A stretch of DNA of 63,295 nucleotides, counting the filler, from Diploschistes diacapsis (lineage: Eukaryota), in the NCBI GenBank assembly GCA_023645945.1. It is 22 parts of 22 records of this genome, joined end to end, with 100 filler letters (N's around TTAATTAATTAA, not from the genome) between each part and the next. Parts side by side here need not be neighbours in the genome. Positions count along the whole stretch, not along the records: positions 19,297 to 38,436 come from JALAIB010000381.1; positions 38,537 to 39,681 come from JALAIB010003811.1; positions 39,782 to 40,926 come from JALAIB010003812.1; positions 41,027 to 42,171 come from JALAIB010003813.1; positions 42,272 to 43,416 come from JALAIB010003814.1; positions 43,517 to 44,661 come from JALAIB010003815.1; positions 44,762 to 45,906 come from JALAIB010003816.1; positions 46,007 to 47,150 come from JALAIB010003818.1; 14 more parts are not named here. One strand, 5' to 3'. This document shows positions 36,451 through 49,423 of the stretch, one piece after another. The translations under genes were made by a program, and so were the position numbers. Under the pieces are notes generated by a model that saw only the letters and a list, made by a program, of their open reading frames with translations, did no database searches and was not told where the DNA came from. Each line of letters begins with the position of its first letter. The stretch's first letter is position 1.

Positions 36451-37951
36451 ATGGCGTCCAGCGCGGCGGAGGCGCTGCCAGCGGGTATCTTTTCTATATT
36501 GGACACGGATCTCTACAAGCTGACGATGCAATGTGCCATTCGGAAGTACTTCCCAGAAACATGTACGTCATGGGCCCCGTCGCGCTCAAGGCGGGGGTGA
36601 TTCTTCTCTGGGGGTACAGTGATTGATAGGAAAACAGATGTCACATATGCTTTCACAAATCGGACACCACAGAAAAGATTGAATCATGATGCCTTCGAGT
36701 GGCTTCAAGAACAAGTAGCCAGTCAGTGGCGAGTTGCCTTGTCCCTACTACGAAATGCAGTATGCTGACCGATTCCCCCAGAACTGGCAAATCTTGAGGT
36801 TCGCGAGGATGAAGTCGCTTATCTACAAGAGAAATGCCCGTTTCTCCACAGTGGCTACCTATCGTTTCTGAAATCGTTCCGCTTCCGCCCGTCCGAGCAT
36901 GTCGACCTCCAGTTCGATACCTCGCAGTCAGATGACCCTGGCTTTGGCGATGTCCGCATGCAAGTCGGCGGGCTCTGGATAGACACGATCCTCTATGAGA
37001 TACCGCTATTGGCACTGACGAGCGAGGCTTACTTCAAGTTCTGCGATACAGACTGGGACTATGAAGGACAGGAGGAGGCCGCAAAGCGGAAGGGGAGCGA
37101 GTTGCTAGCCTCTGGGATTGTATTCTCTGAATTCGGCACACGGCGGCGTCGTGACTATAAGACGCAGGACCTCGTGCTCAAGGGAATCGTTGAAGCGACG
37201 AAGCAGCCTGATCCCGGGCCCGGGAAGCTGACAGGGACGAGTAATGTGCACTTTGCCATGAAATACGACATCAGCCCAGCCGGAACGGTGGCGCACGAGT
37301 GGTTCATGGGCATCGCGGCTATGATAGATGACTATGAGAGGGCGTCCGAGAAGGCGCTGGAGTACTGGATAGGCTGCTTTGGAGAGGGCGTACTTGGTAT
37401 CGCACTCACAGATACGTTTGGCACGCAGGCTTTTCTACGGGCCTTCTCGAAGCCCGCTCTTAATGGATCCTATAAGCGTTCCTATGCCGAGCTCTTCACA
37501 GGGGTACGTCAGGACTCTGGGGATCCAGAAGAGTACATCAAGTTGATGAGGGCCTTTTGCGACAAGATTGGAATCAAGGACAAGACTATTATCTTCTCGG
37601 ACTCCCTAACCGTGGACAAGTGCAAGAAGTACAGAGACCTTGCAGAAAACTACGGTTTCAGAGCCTCCTTTGGCATCGGAACACATCTGACCAGTATGGC
37701 CTTCGTGACATACCCCATCGGCTGGCTAACAAGTTCTTCTAGATGACTTCACGAACAGAGCTAACGGTGAGAAGTCAAAGCCCCTGAACATCGTCATCAA
37801 GCTGTCGTCAGCGGACGGTCGGCCCGCCATCAAGCTCAGTGACGAAATGGGCAAGAGCACGGGTGATGCGGCGACTGTCCTTCGTGCAAAGAAGATGCTC
37901 GGATACACCGACAAGCATTGGCAAGGGGCTGACGAAGCTTCGAGGTGGTGA
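36451..37951 (+). CDS. NPT1: Nicotinate phosphoribosyltransferase
   Basis: SILDTDLYKLTMQ, SEFGTRRR, GTSNV, GTVAHEW, ALTDTFG, GVRQDSGDP, IFSDSL, FGIGT, LNIVIKL..AIKLSD; three introns. Confidence 0.97.
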
Positions 37952-39781
37952 GAGATGGTCCGATCGCTTTATTAGAAGTCTCATTCGGGCTTAACTAGAG
38001 TTTTCATTGGTGTACGGTGCTTTGCACGTGCTGGCTTTGGTCCTGAGACTGTGGCTTTATTTATTTATCGTGGCGCAACGAGATGGCCAACGCCAAGACG
38101 TCAAAAGCAAGAGCCTGATGTCGTTTTCTGACTCACCAGACTTTGAAGAAGGCGAGAAGGCTAGAAAATAGAATACGAAGCATTGGCCTCCTCCGTTGTT
38201 TCTGTTCTGCCTGTGCGGTGGGAAAGCCTTGGACAGTAAGGCAGCCATCTCCTCCCAATAACAATCCTAATGCGAAACCTGCATGCAAAGTAGAAGGGGG
38301 TTATGGTTCTTGAAGCATGAACTAACTCCCTTCTGCCGGCTACTCGCCAATCATCGGAGCGGAGTCTATTTTAGAAGATTGCAGCTGAGTTGGAAAGCCT
38401 AGGGGGCTCAGGGGCACAGAGGCGCTGTTTCTTGCCNNNNNNNNNNNNNNNNNNNNNNNNNNNNNNNNNNNNNNNNNNNNTTAATTAATTAANNNNNNNN
38501 NNNNNNNNNNNNNNNNNNNNNNNNNNNNNNNNNNNNTGTAAGGCTGTCGTCTAAGCTATTATTAAGAATAATGGTAACGAAACGCAATAATAACTCGAAA
38601 TTTAAAGATATGATTATTATTTTTAAGCACCTTATAGTCCGTTTAAAATATTAAGACTCGTGTATACTACAATAAAAGTAGAAAAAACACACGCTTAACG
38701 GTAATACGCCGGATAACGAAAACGGAATTACTTATAATGAAAATATAAGTAAAGGAAGCGGAACTCGAGATAATAAAAATGGACGCGACGGCGCAAGCGA
38801 GAATAAATACGATCAAGATAAAGAAAACCGACACGAATGCGAGATAAAGGCTAGCGGCGGGGGCACAAGAGACGTTAATAAGCAAGAACTAGCTGCTATA
38901 AATCTATATTTAATGTGCCGTTAAGACATACCGAGTTATTTCTGATCATAACGTTCTAAAAAAAACGCCGAGCGGTTATAGCATCGTTTTTAAATATAAG
39001 CGCAAACCGTAACGCCGACGAAATTCTATAAACGACGACGAGGTTTTCGTCGAGCTTCTACGCGACTACCGACGAAAGCTCGACGTTAACAAACGTCTAT
39101 AAACCCGCCTGATAGGCCTTCGTTATCTTAATAAAATAACTTCTCGAGTATCCGCTCGAGAAACTAGCCCCCGAATGGAAAGCAACAAAAACCTAGTAAG
39201 AAGTATTGGCTATACATGAATATAACGACAGATGTCGAGCCGAGCGGGTGACGCGAGAAGTGAAGGCAGGAACGAGGACGGCGAGGGTAACGACGAGAAT
39301 AGTGCACGAAAGGAGGGTGAAAAAATAACGGAAGAGATAGATCGGGACGAGGAAAAAGACATTAAAAGATATCTTTCAATACCTTTAAGCGATTTTAAAT
39401 GTTTATTAACATGCCAATTATCGTTAAGATATAATTTACCTACCCGATACTAGCTTTAGCCATATACGGCGGCCGGGATATCGATCCCGCTTTCTCTTAT
39501 ACACCCGCGTTGGTTTACCGAGGGGCCAACGGAATTCCTAGGCAAGTGGGAGATGTCCTGGCAGCTTAAACAGCTGGACCAGGCAGATTAAGAAAGGCGG
39601 AAGGAACTTGCCCTCGATATAGAACGCGGCGACGTTTACCGCAACGACAAAAAGGATTTAATATTATAAATAATATTAATANNNNNNNNNNNNNNNNNNN
39701 NNNNNNNNNNNNNNNNNNNNNNNNNTTAATTAATTAANNNNNNNNNNNNNNNNNNNNNNNNNNNNNNNNNNNNNNNNNNNN

Positions 39782-40366
39782 GAGGGTGCAGAGGTCGCGA
39801 ACGAGGGAGTGCGCGATGTCCGGCTGCTAAAGGAGGGAAAATGGGGGAAGGGGTGGTTACCTCGACGACCCAGCCCTTGAAGCCGTACCAGCTCCCGAAA
39901 ATCGCCTCCATTATGGGCGCCAGCACCAGGGAGCCCGCGAGACAGGCTCCGGCAAGTCGCCACGCTTTCTCCCGCTCGTGTGTGCGCCCGTATACGCGCA
40001 TCATGATGTAGATAATGTAGTAGGAGGACGAGATGTAGAAGATTTTGAGGAAGAAGTTCCACACTTCGAGGTAGGCGTGGTCATCGCCGCTGAAGGGGTG
40101 CGCGTAGAAGAGGTCGACATAGCGCGTGCAGAAGACGAGGGCATAGAGGAGTTGGGTTAGCAGGGAGACGCCTGTGATGAGGGAGGTCAATGAGGACTAT
40201 TAAGAGGATGAGGTGCAGGAGGAGCAGAGAGGGGGGGGGCGGCACAAGCCGGGATGGGACAGCGAGACTTACCCTCAGCGCTCCGGTTCGAATGGATGGC
40301 GAAGATGAGGATGCATTTGGAGACGGTGTGCGAGATGTCAGCGAGGATTCGAAAAGCGTAGTCCAT
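39782..40366 (-). CDS. ERD2: ER lumen protein-retaining (HDEL/KDEL) receptor family, 5' part truncated by contig end
   Basis: MDYAFRILADISH..ILIFAIHSNRSAE/GVSLLTQLLYALVFCTRYVDLF..LKIFYI; GT-AG intron after SAEG. Confidence 0.85.
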
Positions 40367-41026
40367 CTTGATGGCGCTCTAAGTCAGTATCATCGAACCA
40401 GGCCACCTCTCCAGCAAGACCAAACTGAGGCCACATAAGCTATCCGTCATAATCTTAATATTAGCCAGCATTACCTCCTGCACATATAATAATATCCCTG
40501 TTAGCTCATATTTGATTTTCATAATAATTTAATGCATTTTATATATAAATCACACAGCGTTATTGGTAGATATAAAACCGGACTACAGGCCGCCCGACTT
40601 TCTGCTGCCCCTGATCTCGCATTTAATTGCCGCATAGAGTCTTCGCGTTCATTGGGCATTTATCATGAAAGAATGAGCTTCAACGGCCAGATTGAGTGTG
40701 TTAGGGGGAGATTGGTTTAAAAGGATAGAATACCCACCTTCGGTCTACGGACCAGAGCCCGCCGTTTGAGCCGGATACCAGAACGAAGGCTCTACGTCGA
40801 GAGCACCAGCAAAGGCGCGAAGCAGTCCAAAACTTCCCCAAACGGTCTCTACATCAGATCTCTCACCATCCCATACATCTCCCCACCCCACCCGATCTCT
40901 CGTCCATCCCTCAGCAGACAACAAACNNNNNNNNNNNNNNNNNNNNNNNNNNNNNNNNNNNNNNNNNNNNTTAATTAATTAANNNNNNNNNNNNNNNNNN
41001 NNNNNNNNNNNNNNNNNNNNNNNNNN

Positions 41027-41740
41027 TTTATTATCGTATCCCTGTATTTACCGAAATAATTTTAAATAATATTTATTTTTTAATAATTTTAAAATTATTA
41101 CGTTTATTTTTTACGTTTTTATTTTTCTATCGCGATATTTTAATTAATTTACGGTAATATTTCAATAAATTTATTATAATATAATGTCCGTGGTAATGTC
41201 GTGTTTTAAAATTTTTAACGATAATATCCGTGAAAGTATCCGTGTTTTAAAATTTTTAGCCGTAATATCCGTGTCCGTGTTTTTATTATAATATAATGTC
41301 CGTAGAAATATCCGTGTTTTAAAATTTCTAATCGTAATATTCGTGTTAATAAATTTATTATTATAACTTATCCGTATATTTATCGAAACATTTTTAAATA
41401 ATACTTATTTTTTAATAATTTTAGAATTATTACGTTTATTTTTTATATTTCTATTTTTTTATCGCGGTGTTTCGGTGAATTTACGGTAATATTTCGATAA
41501 ATTTATTATAATATAATATTCGTGGAAGTGTCCGTATTTTAAAATTTTTAGTCGTAATATCCGTATTCGTGCTTTTATTATAATGTAATGTCCGTGGAAG
41601 TGTCCGTGTTTTAAAATTTTTAGCCGTAATGTCCGTGTTCGTGTTTTTATTGTAATATAGTGTCCGTGGAAGTGTCCGTGCCGAGAAAATTTTCGCGGTA
41701 GTATCCGTGTCAGTGACCGTGGCACGCAACGGCCAGCCTA
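41027..41740. mobile_element. hAT-like MITE end with internal ~72-bp tandem units
   Basis: Ends in AACGGCCAGCCTA with repeated GTGTCCGTG motifs. The same end occurs at 43762 and 51237. Confidence 0.7.
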
Positions 41741-41848
41741 ATTCTAATTACGACGAATAGATTATATTTAAAAACCGTAGAATGTTAGCGGTAGTGATTT
41801 GAGGTAGCCGGACTCTAGGGGTGGCCGGAATCCCCGTGAAACACGTTA
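41741..41848. mobile_element. pogo/Fot1-type TIR copy
   Basis: Same subterminal and TIR sequence as ~19630-19737, followed by TA. Confidence 0.75.
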
Positions 41849-41911
41849 TTTAAATTTTGGACGATTATTTCTTTTGATTATTTTAATAACTTTTATCGTA
41901 ATAATCATATT

Positions 41912-42171
41912 TAACGTATATACATAGCGAGCGGACATTCATAGCGAACGGACACCCTTCTCGATTTGTATGAGTTGTAATTACATTTACGTAATCAATT
42001 TTTACGATTATTTATTATATTAATTATTAGTATCTTCCTTAAAAGCTATAGATTTTATTTCGTAAATTCGCGTATTATACCCGGACTAATTATATTTATT
42101 ATAACGTCGTACGCGTAATTCGATTTCTTTCGTACGATTTTAATTTTTAGATATATTAATTTCCTTTATAC
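41912..42171. mobile_element. Second pogo/Fot1-type family end (TA-ACGTATA..CATAGCGAGCGGACA x2)
   Basis: ACGT start after TA with an internal direct repeat; second copy at ~57358-57778. Confidence 0.65.
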
Positions 42172-42712
42172 NNNNNNNNNNNNNNNNNNNNNNNNNNNNN
42201 NNNNNNNNNNNNNNNTTAATTAATTAANNNNNNNNNNNNNNNNNNNNNNNNNNNNNNNNNNNNNNNNNNNNCTCGTATTCGATTCCTGTTTTTTACCGTT
42301 CGTATTCGTATTATCTTATTTAAATTATTTATTCGTATTCGATTTCTTTTTTTTCGTGTTCATATTCGCGTAATTCTGATTAATTTATTTAATTTCCGTC
42401 CGGTACCGAGTAACTCGAGTTAATAATATTTATCGTTTCTAATATCGATAATCTTTAATTTTTAATTCTTTTTTAATATTTTATTTATTTGTAGCCTAAC
42501 CTTTTAAATGTATTTTAATTAAATTTTACTTTTTTATCCTTTTAATACTAGTAGGCTATTTAGGGACAATTAGATACCCCCTTTCTTTCTCTTTTCATAT
42601 TCTTGCAAATAATGTCTTTTTGTCATGTCTGAAGCTTTTAGATCGTAACCTTCTCCTTATCTTTCATAAGATGTGGAAGGGTCCTTAGACAAGTCATTAG
42701 GTTGGCCCCCAT

Positions 42713-42947
42713 TATAAATACAAGGCACGCTGTCTAGGGAGACTTCTTTTGCTATAGTAGGTAGGTAGTCGTAGGTGGTGTAGTAAGTGAATGTAATATG
42801 ATCTCGTAGTTAACAGCATACCTAGGTAGGACATTTGTAAGATGTAGGATGTATTAATTGTCTAGAGCTACCTAGCAAGCCTCCTTAAATGGAGCTGCCC
42901 TGTGGGGACCACCCCTACCAAGTCTGCGGCCTACTTTTATGTTTACA
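42713..42947. repeat. ~235-bp LTR-like repeat
   Basis: T(G>A)TAAA...TTTACA termini; second copy at ~53852-54087. Confidence 0.55.
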
Positions 42948-43773
42948 CTACTAATTACTTATTAAGATTTTGTTAATAGAGATACGAATCACCTTCAATA
43001 ATAACTGATAACACACCTTTCGTACTAATATAAAGCTCTTTCTTTCTATAGTTTCTAATTTTATTAAAAAGTTTTATTTAAGTTAGAAGTTATTAAACAT
43101 TAATAATATTAGTAGATGAAAGTAGTTTTAATATTATTAAAAGTTTTCTTAATTACGTGAAAGAATAACCTTCAGACGACCGGTATTTCTTAATATCTAA
43201 AATAAGAATTAAAATTGAAATAGCGGTTTATTTAATAACGGATTATCTCGGATAATTAATCGATAAGATAAAAAAAAAGAAGTTATATGTTACGACGGGT
43301 ATCTTAGAAATAACGTATGAGGAAAAATAAGAATCGGTAAAAGAACTTACGAGAAATTATAAACAAAAACTGCTATATATTAATAATATAATTAAAAAAA
43401 TTAATAAATTATAAGANNNNNNNNNNNNNNNNNNNNNNNNNNNNNNNNNNNNNNNNNNNNTTAATTAATTAANNNNNNNNNNNNNNNNNNNNNNNNNNNN
43501 NNNNNNNNNNNNNNNNAATAAATTTATTAACACGGTCGTGTCCGTGTTAGTATTCGTGTTTTAAAATTTTTAATTATAGTATCCGTGTTCGTGCTTTTAT
43601 TGTAATATAATATTCGTAGAAGTATTCGTGTTTTAAAATTTTTAGCCGTAATATCCGTGTCCGTGCTTTTATTATAATGTAATATCCGTGGAAATGTCCG
43701 TGCCGAGAAAATTTTCGCGGTAGTGTCCGTGTCAGTAACCGTGGCACGCAACGGCCAGCCTAGCTAGAACGCC

Positions 43774-44070
43774 GGGCTCATAACCTGTCAGTTATATTGG
43801 TGGAGAAGAAGGATTGTATTGCTCTGCAAGAGATGTCTATAAGCGGATTATATACATTCTGTATGACTAATCATGTCCCCCTGCTCCTGCTCCTTCTCAC
43901 AAAGTATACTTCTTCCAATAAAATCTTCGCTATCAGGCAGCTGGCTTTGGGAACCGAGCTGGTCACAAACGGCAAGAAGCAATAAGACACGAAGCGTATG
44001 TTCCCGTGCATACTTCCGTGAACATTTACAAGAGTAGAGAATAAGCTGACTGAGCGGTAGCATTCTGACA
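43774..44070 (-). mobile_element. Ty1/copia 5' LTR plus primer-binding site
   Basis: 285-bp TGTCAG...CTGACA segment (43786-44070), followed immediately on the minus strand by GGTTATGAGCCC, the typical fungal copia PBS. Confidence 0.7.
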
Positions 44071-45174
44071 ATGAAGCTGAGGGCTTGGCATCAAAAGGTA
44101 ACAAAAATCCGCGTCACACTCACCTAAACCTAAGCCAGTGCTCGCCGCCGTAGCGCGCGACATCGGGTGATGGGTTACCCTGACACCCGGCACAGCATGC
44201 AACGTGGAATGATTTCGCTTCGACTTCATTTTTAATTATAAAAACTCCTGATCACATCCCAACGCTTAAGCCATTGTTTATTCCTTACCCGCTCGACTCC
44301 GCCTAAATAGCCTTAATTATGATTTATAAGATACGGGCGGTACGCCGTTTTTAACTTCCACGATTACGAAAATATTCGAACCTTTCGTAATTTATAATTC
44401 TTATTTATTATTCCATCTTTTTTTTATTATTTTATTTTGCTTATCCAGCAGCCGCTAATATTACGTTATAATTTATTAACTTTTCGGTTATAATAAATAA
44501 AATTAAAGTTTTAAAAAAACAATTATTAATCGTCGTAAAGGCTCGAAATTATATATTTAAAGTTTATTAAATAAAAGACATTATTATTATTAAAAAAAAG
44601 AATTATATAAAAAGATTATTAAAGATTAAAAAACCGCTTTAAAACTTTATAAAAAATAAACNNNNNNNNNNNNNNNNNNNNNNNNNNNNNNNNNNNNNNN
44701 NNNNNTTAATTAATTAANNNNNNNNNNNNNNNNNNNNNNNNNNNNNNNNNNNNNNNNNNNNGATTTCTTCATTAAATTTTAAAAAGTTATTCTTATTAAT
44801 TAATTATCTTTGTTTACCGGTTGGTTTTTTGTTATTATTATACTTTAACGTTGTTTTTTTCGTTTCGACGAATTCGTCGTTTTTTTGAAATATATTTATT
44901 GTGTCTCGCAGGCTTTTATTAAGAAATTCATATATCATTTCATGTATTACAAGTTTATTTATATAGACACGTAGAACGAGTTATTTACAATTAATAATCC
45001 CAACAATAAGATATAATCATGTTATTACGTCGCGTTCATCTCGAGCTTGCCGATTGAAATCAATTTTTTCTAAAATTCCATTCTTAGATTAAAATTCTTT
45101 AAACTCCTAAAGCATTACGTCTGTTCTATCACGAATATACTTTATTATTTATAATTAATTAAAAAGTAATATTC

Positions 45175-45288
45175 TGCAAAAAAAATAAAAATAACGATTA
45201 ATTTCGAAGAATTATTGAAGATTTAAACTATTTCTTGGCAAAAGTGGCCGGAATCTGGGGGTGGCCGGAATCCCCGTCAAACACGTTA
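45175..45288. mobile_element. Opposite end of the pogo/Fot1-type element
   Basis: Same TIR with a different subterminal sequence (AAACTATTTCTTGGCAAAA). Copy at ~57235-57350; diverged relative at ~59179-59224. Confidence 0.75.
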
Positions 45289-45435
45289 ATAAAAAAAGGG
45301 TTTTTTTCGGGTCGTACGGTATTAATTAAATAATTTTAAATTTATTGGGGAAATTTTTCCTGATGTATGTTTTCGTACGATTTGAGAAATACATAAAAAG
45401 AAAATCTTTTTTATCGATATGATCGATATTAAGCC

Positions 45436-45906
45436 TAGGCTGGCCGTTACTGACACTGACAGTGTCAGTGTCCGTGTTTTGGATTTTTTAGCTGCGGTGT
45501 CCGTGTCCGTGGATTCACGGAAGTGCAGTGTCCGTGTTAGTATTAAAATTTAAAATTTTTTAATTGCAGTGTCAGTGTTCGTGGATTTACGGAAATATAA
45601 TGTCCGTATTAATGTCCGTGTTTTAAAAAATTTAGTTACGGTGTTCGTGTCCGTGTATTTATTATAATATAGTGTCCGTGTCCGTGTCCGTGTTTTAAAA
45701 AAACCTTTTTAAAAATAAAAGCGTGAGAAATAAGCGTGATAATTTTAAAAATATTAAAAAAAAAAAAGTGTTTCCGTGTTTTTACTGTAGTATAATGTCC
45801 GTATTAATAAATTTACGGAAATGTAATGTTCGTGTTAATATTTATATTTTAAATTTTTTAGTTACGGTGTCCGTACTCGTGACTTCACGGAAATATAATA
45901 TTCGTA
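45436..45906. mobile_element. hAT-like MITE end (TAGGCTGGCCGTTACTGACAC)
   Basis: Reverse-complement match to the element at 52745-53288. Confidence 0.7.
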
Positions 45907-46589
45907 NNNNNNNNNNNNNNNNNNNNNNNNNNNNNNNNNNNNNNNNNNNNTTAATTAATTAANNNNNNNNNNNNNNNNNNNNNNNNNNNNNNNNNNNNNN
46001 NNNNNNTTTATATCCTACTCGATACTTCTATCGTCTAAAATAATATTACGAATAATTTATAATTTCATAATTTAAGAAATATACTTATTCGGAACCTTAA
46101 TAATTAAAAAATATTTCGCTTATAACTCGTCGATCTATCGATTTATAAGCATAATATTCTTTATAATAAACGTCGTAAGTTAAACGAGTCGTTAAGACAC
46201 CGTTATAGAAATACAAACGGGTTAAAATCTACTTCGTATACCAAATATAAACGAATTTTTTTAGTTTATGCTTCGGGGTAGCGATACGCTAGCTTATTAG
46301 TAGCGATTTGATATCATGTCGTTATTTTTATTTTTTTAAAGCGAATGCCCTTATCTTTAGAAGTAATAGGGACGTCTTCGCTCTTAGACATGATAATAAA
46401 AATTCGATAAGAATAAAATAAGTAATTAACGAGAATAGGAATAAAGAAAGAAAAGGAAAGATAAAGAAAATAAAACCATTATATTAAACCTACGTTAACA
46501 AAAATCAATAATAATAATATATTAAAGTATTAACGATTTACCGTCGACGCGTTAGTTAAAAGTTATTAAATATTAAATAGAATTATATA

Positions 46590-47150
46590 TTTATTATTTA
46601 TTTATTTAATCTTACTCTAATCTATCCCTCGGGGGGCATGTAGGACTAACTATGCGTCTTCTCTAGGGAAAAACCTCTGGGGTGCCAAAACCCTAGAATT
46701 CGGCGTTTACCGTCTTACTGGCGATTCGGTTCCTATCCGTTCCTACGCCGCCTATAATACCTCGTCGGGTTATTGTTATTTAAATAACCGGGATATCGTA
46801 AAATAAAAAAAACGTAAGATTATATTAGATTAAACGATTTATGCGTATAATTCAACCGGAAAAGATTTAAATCCTTTACGGGTCTATCGTTAATCATTTT
46901 TAGTCCAATTTTCTTTAATTTCTTAATTCTTTTTTATTATATAAGATATAAAAAATGGTTATATGTCGGACCGTTTTTAATTCGCCGCTATAATAATATT
47001 TTAACGATTTAATTCCGGGGATGTTTTATTTTTTAAAACATTTATTTAACCCGTTTATACCGATTCTTATCTAAATCGCTATTAAATTTTTTATTTTTCT
47101 TAATCTTCGGTATAAATCGAAAACCTTACGGCCCTTCGATACTATAACGA
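46590..47150 (-). mobile_element. Possible 3' end of a RIP-degraded LINE
   Basis: On the minus strand a GC-richer 3'-UTR-like block ends in a (TAAA)n tail abutting an unrelated repeat; no readable ORF. Confidence 0.3.
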
Positions 47151-47250
47151 NNNNNNNNNNNNNNNNNNNNNNNNNNNNNNNNNNNNNNNNNNNNTTAATT
47201 AATTAANNNNNNNNNNNNNNNNNNNNNNNNNNNNNNNNNNNNNNNNNNNN

Positions 47251-47856
47251 TCCGTGTTAATGTTCGTGTTTTAAAATTTTAGCTGTCGTGTCCGTATTAG
47301 TGTCCGTGTTTTGAAAATTTTTGCTGCAGTGTCCGTGTCAGTGACCGTGGCACGAAACGGCCAGCCTACGTCCGAGAATCCACGGACACGGACACCGTAG
47401 CTAAAAATTCTAAAACACGAACACTGACACGGCCGTGTCAGTGTCAGTGACGGCAAGCCTACCATTAATACGGATATTATATTATAAAATAAGCACGGAT
47501 ACGGACATTATAACAAAAATTTTCTCAATACGAACACTAACACGGATATTGAAATTATAATAATATTATCGAAACACCGCCATATAATTTTTTTTAAAAA
47601 AATGAAAATATAAAAAATAGACGTAATAATTCTAGAATTATTAAAATAAAAAAAATATTTAAAATTATTTCGGTAAATACACGAACACGGATATCGTAAT
47701 AAAAATTTTCTCGATACGGACATTAACACGGATATTATATTATAATAAAAGCACGGACACGGATACCGCAGCTAAAAAATCTAAAATACTAATACTGATA
47801 CTGCGGTGTCCGTGTCACGGACACCGGCAGTGTCAGTGTCAGTGACGGCCAGCCTA
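47251..47856. mobile_element. Three stacked hAT-like MITE termini
   Basis: ACGG(C/A)..AGCCTA ends at 47368, 47461 and 47856, all in the same orientation. Confidence 0.7.
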
Positions 47857-48494
47857 GTCTAGGTAGTGACTTCGGATTTACGTACTTATAGTATTTGATT
47901 TTTAGACACGGATATAATTTATTGACGGTTTTTCGTTTAGTTAATACTCGGTAGGCGTCGCGATTGAACCGTTCAGTTTAGATTTTATTGTCGTTTTATT
48001 TCGGATGTGGCATTGTTATGATCTCTATCTCTACAACGTAGACACGAGGTATTGATTAAGGTGGGTTTGGTTTCTGGTAGAAAAGGAGTATAGAAGGAGA
48101 AGAAGTAGATCGGTAATAGATCTATTCTAATTTCTAAAAAGATTATTATCTAATGATAAAAAATAACGAATATAAATTGATCTCGAATAATCGTTAAAAA
48201 TGTTTATAAAAATGAATATATCCCGATTTATAGAAGCTATAACGCGTTTTTATATAATTAACTATTTTTTAACGAAATAAATTAATAAATAAATAGAATT
48301 ACCGTTCTTTCGTTTTATTTATAAAAGAATAAAATAGCCTCTAAGGCTTTTTATTTATTACGTAACCAGCGTTACCATGATTAGACTATATATANNNNNN
48401 NNNNNNNNNNNNNNNNNNNNNNNNNNNNNNNNNNNNNNTTAATTAATTAANNNNNNNNNNNNNNNNNNNNNNNNNNNNNNNNNNNNNNNNNNNN

Positions 48495-49423
48495 TTATTA
48501 TATGCCGTAAAGTAGGTCGTATGGTGCGCATAGTTCTTAAAAAATATTAAATATTTAGAACTTATAGGATCATCTTTATTTACTATTAAATTATTAAGAG
48601 ATAATATTGGTTTTTTAGATCTAATAAATGTTATGATCTCTATCTATACAAGATATACACGAGTAGGATCAAGGTGGGTTTGGTTTCTGTTAGAAGAGGA
48701 ATGTGGTAGGAAAAGAAGATAGAGCAGTTATAGATCTTGAACTGTTTTTAAAAAGAAGGCTTTCTAAATAATAAAAATAACGAATATAAATTGATCTCGA
48801 GTAATCGTTAAAGATGTTTATAAAAATAAATACGTTTTTTTTCACGCAGATAGAATCGTGTTTATATATAATTAATTCGCTCGCCGTTTATCGTAAATTT
48901 AATAAACGGTATTTTCGAGGTTTATCGTTTATAAGAGTGAGCGCGATCGTCGAACGGTGGCGAAAGCTTGCTCGCCGCTTACGAGGATAAACGCGAGTAA
49001 TAAGCGCATCACGTGACTCCTGGTCCCGTGACTGATCTATATACAAAGCTGGGACGTGCCAAGTCTGGTACTTGGATCGTAACAATAAAGCACGCGAGGA
49101 TCAACGATAGATCAAAATATATCGATATTGTTTATTATTATATACGAGATCTGATTAAACGAGGCCGTATTAATATTATTTATATATTTATAGATAAGAT
49201 AGTTGCCGACGGATTAACGAAACCACTAAATTACGTTAAACACGATATATTTATTAAAGGACTTAAATTAGTACAGAAGGCATCTAGCTAAATTAGATAA
49301 ACATGCCGATGGTTCCGCCCGTGGGGGAGTGTTGAATAGACAAATAGAATGCATGGCTGGGAAGTTTAGCTGAACCTCAGGTTCAGGTTCAGTTCAGCTG
49401 AACTTACTGGGGTTCCTGCTAAT
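48495..49423 (+). mobile_element. Ty1/copia pol C-terminus (RNase H), PPT and start of the 3' LTR
   Basis: RSKYIDIVYYYIRD..VADGLTKPL; GGGGGAG PPT at 49323-49329; TGTTGA LTR start at 49330. Confidence 0.85.
48629..49084. mobile_element. 456-bp solo LTR with 5-bp TSD
   Basis: TGTTA...TAACA termini flanked by ATAAA on both sides. Family copies at 48014, 49424 and 57882-58335. Confidence 0.85.

Noticed and set aside
1..38436. Starship element or secondary-metabolite cluster
   Set aside because: No tyrosine-recombinase captain, PKS, NRPS or terpene synthase seen; the genes are mostly housekeeping and split across two contigs of unknown linkage.
41459..41729. Repetitive ORFs such as MRATVTDTDTTAKIFSARTLPRTL (also at 43527 and 50935)
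   Set aside because: Translations of the MITE's internal 72-bp repeats; frames differ among copies.
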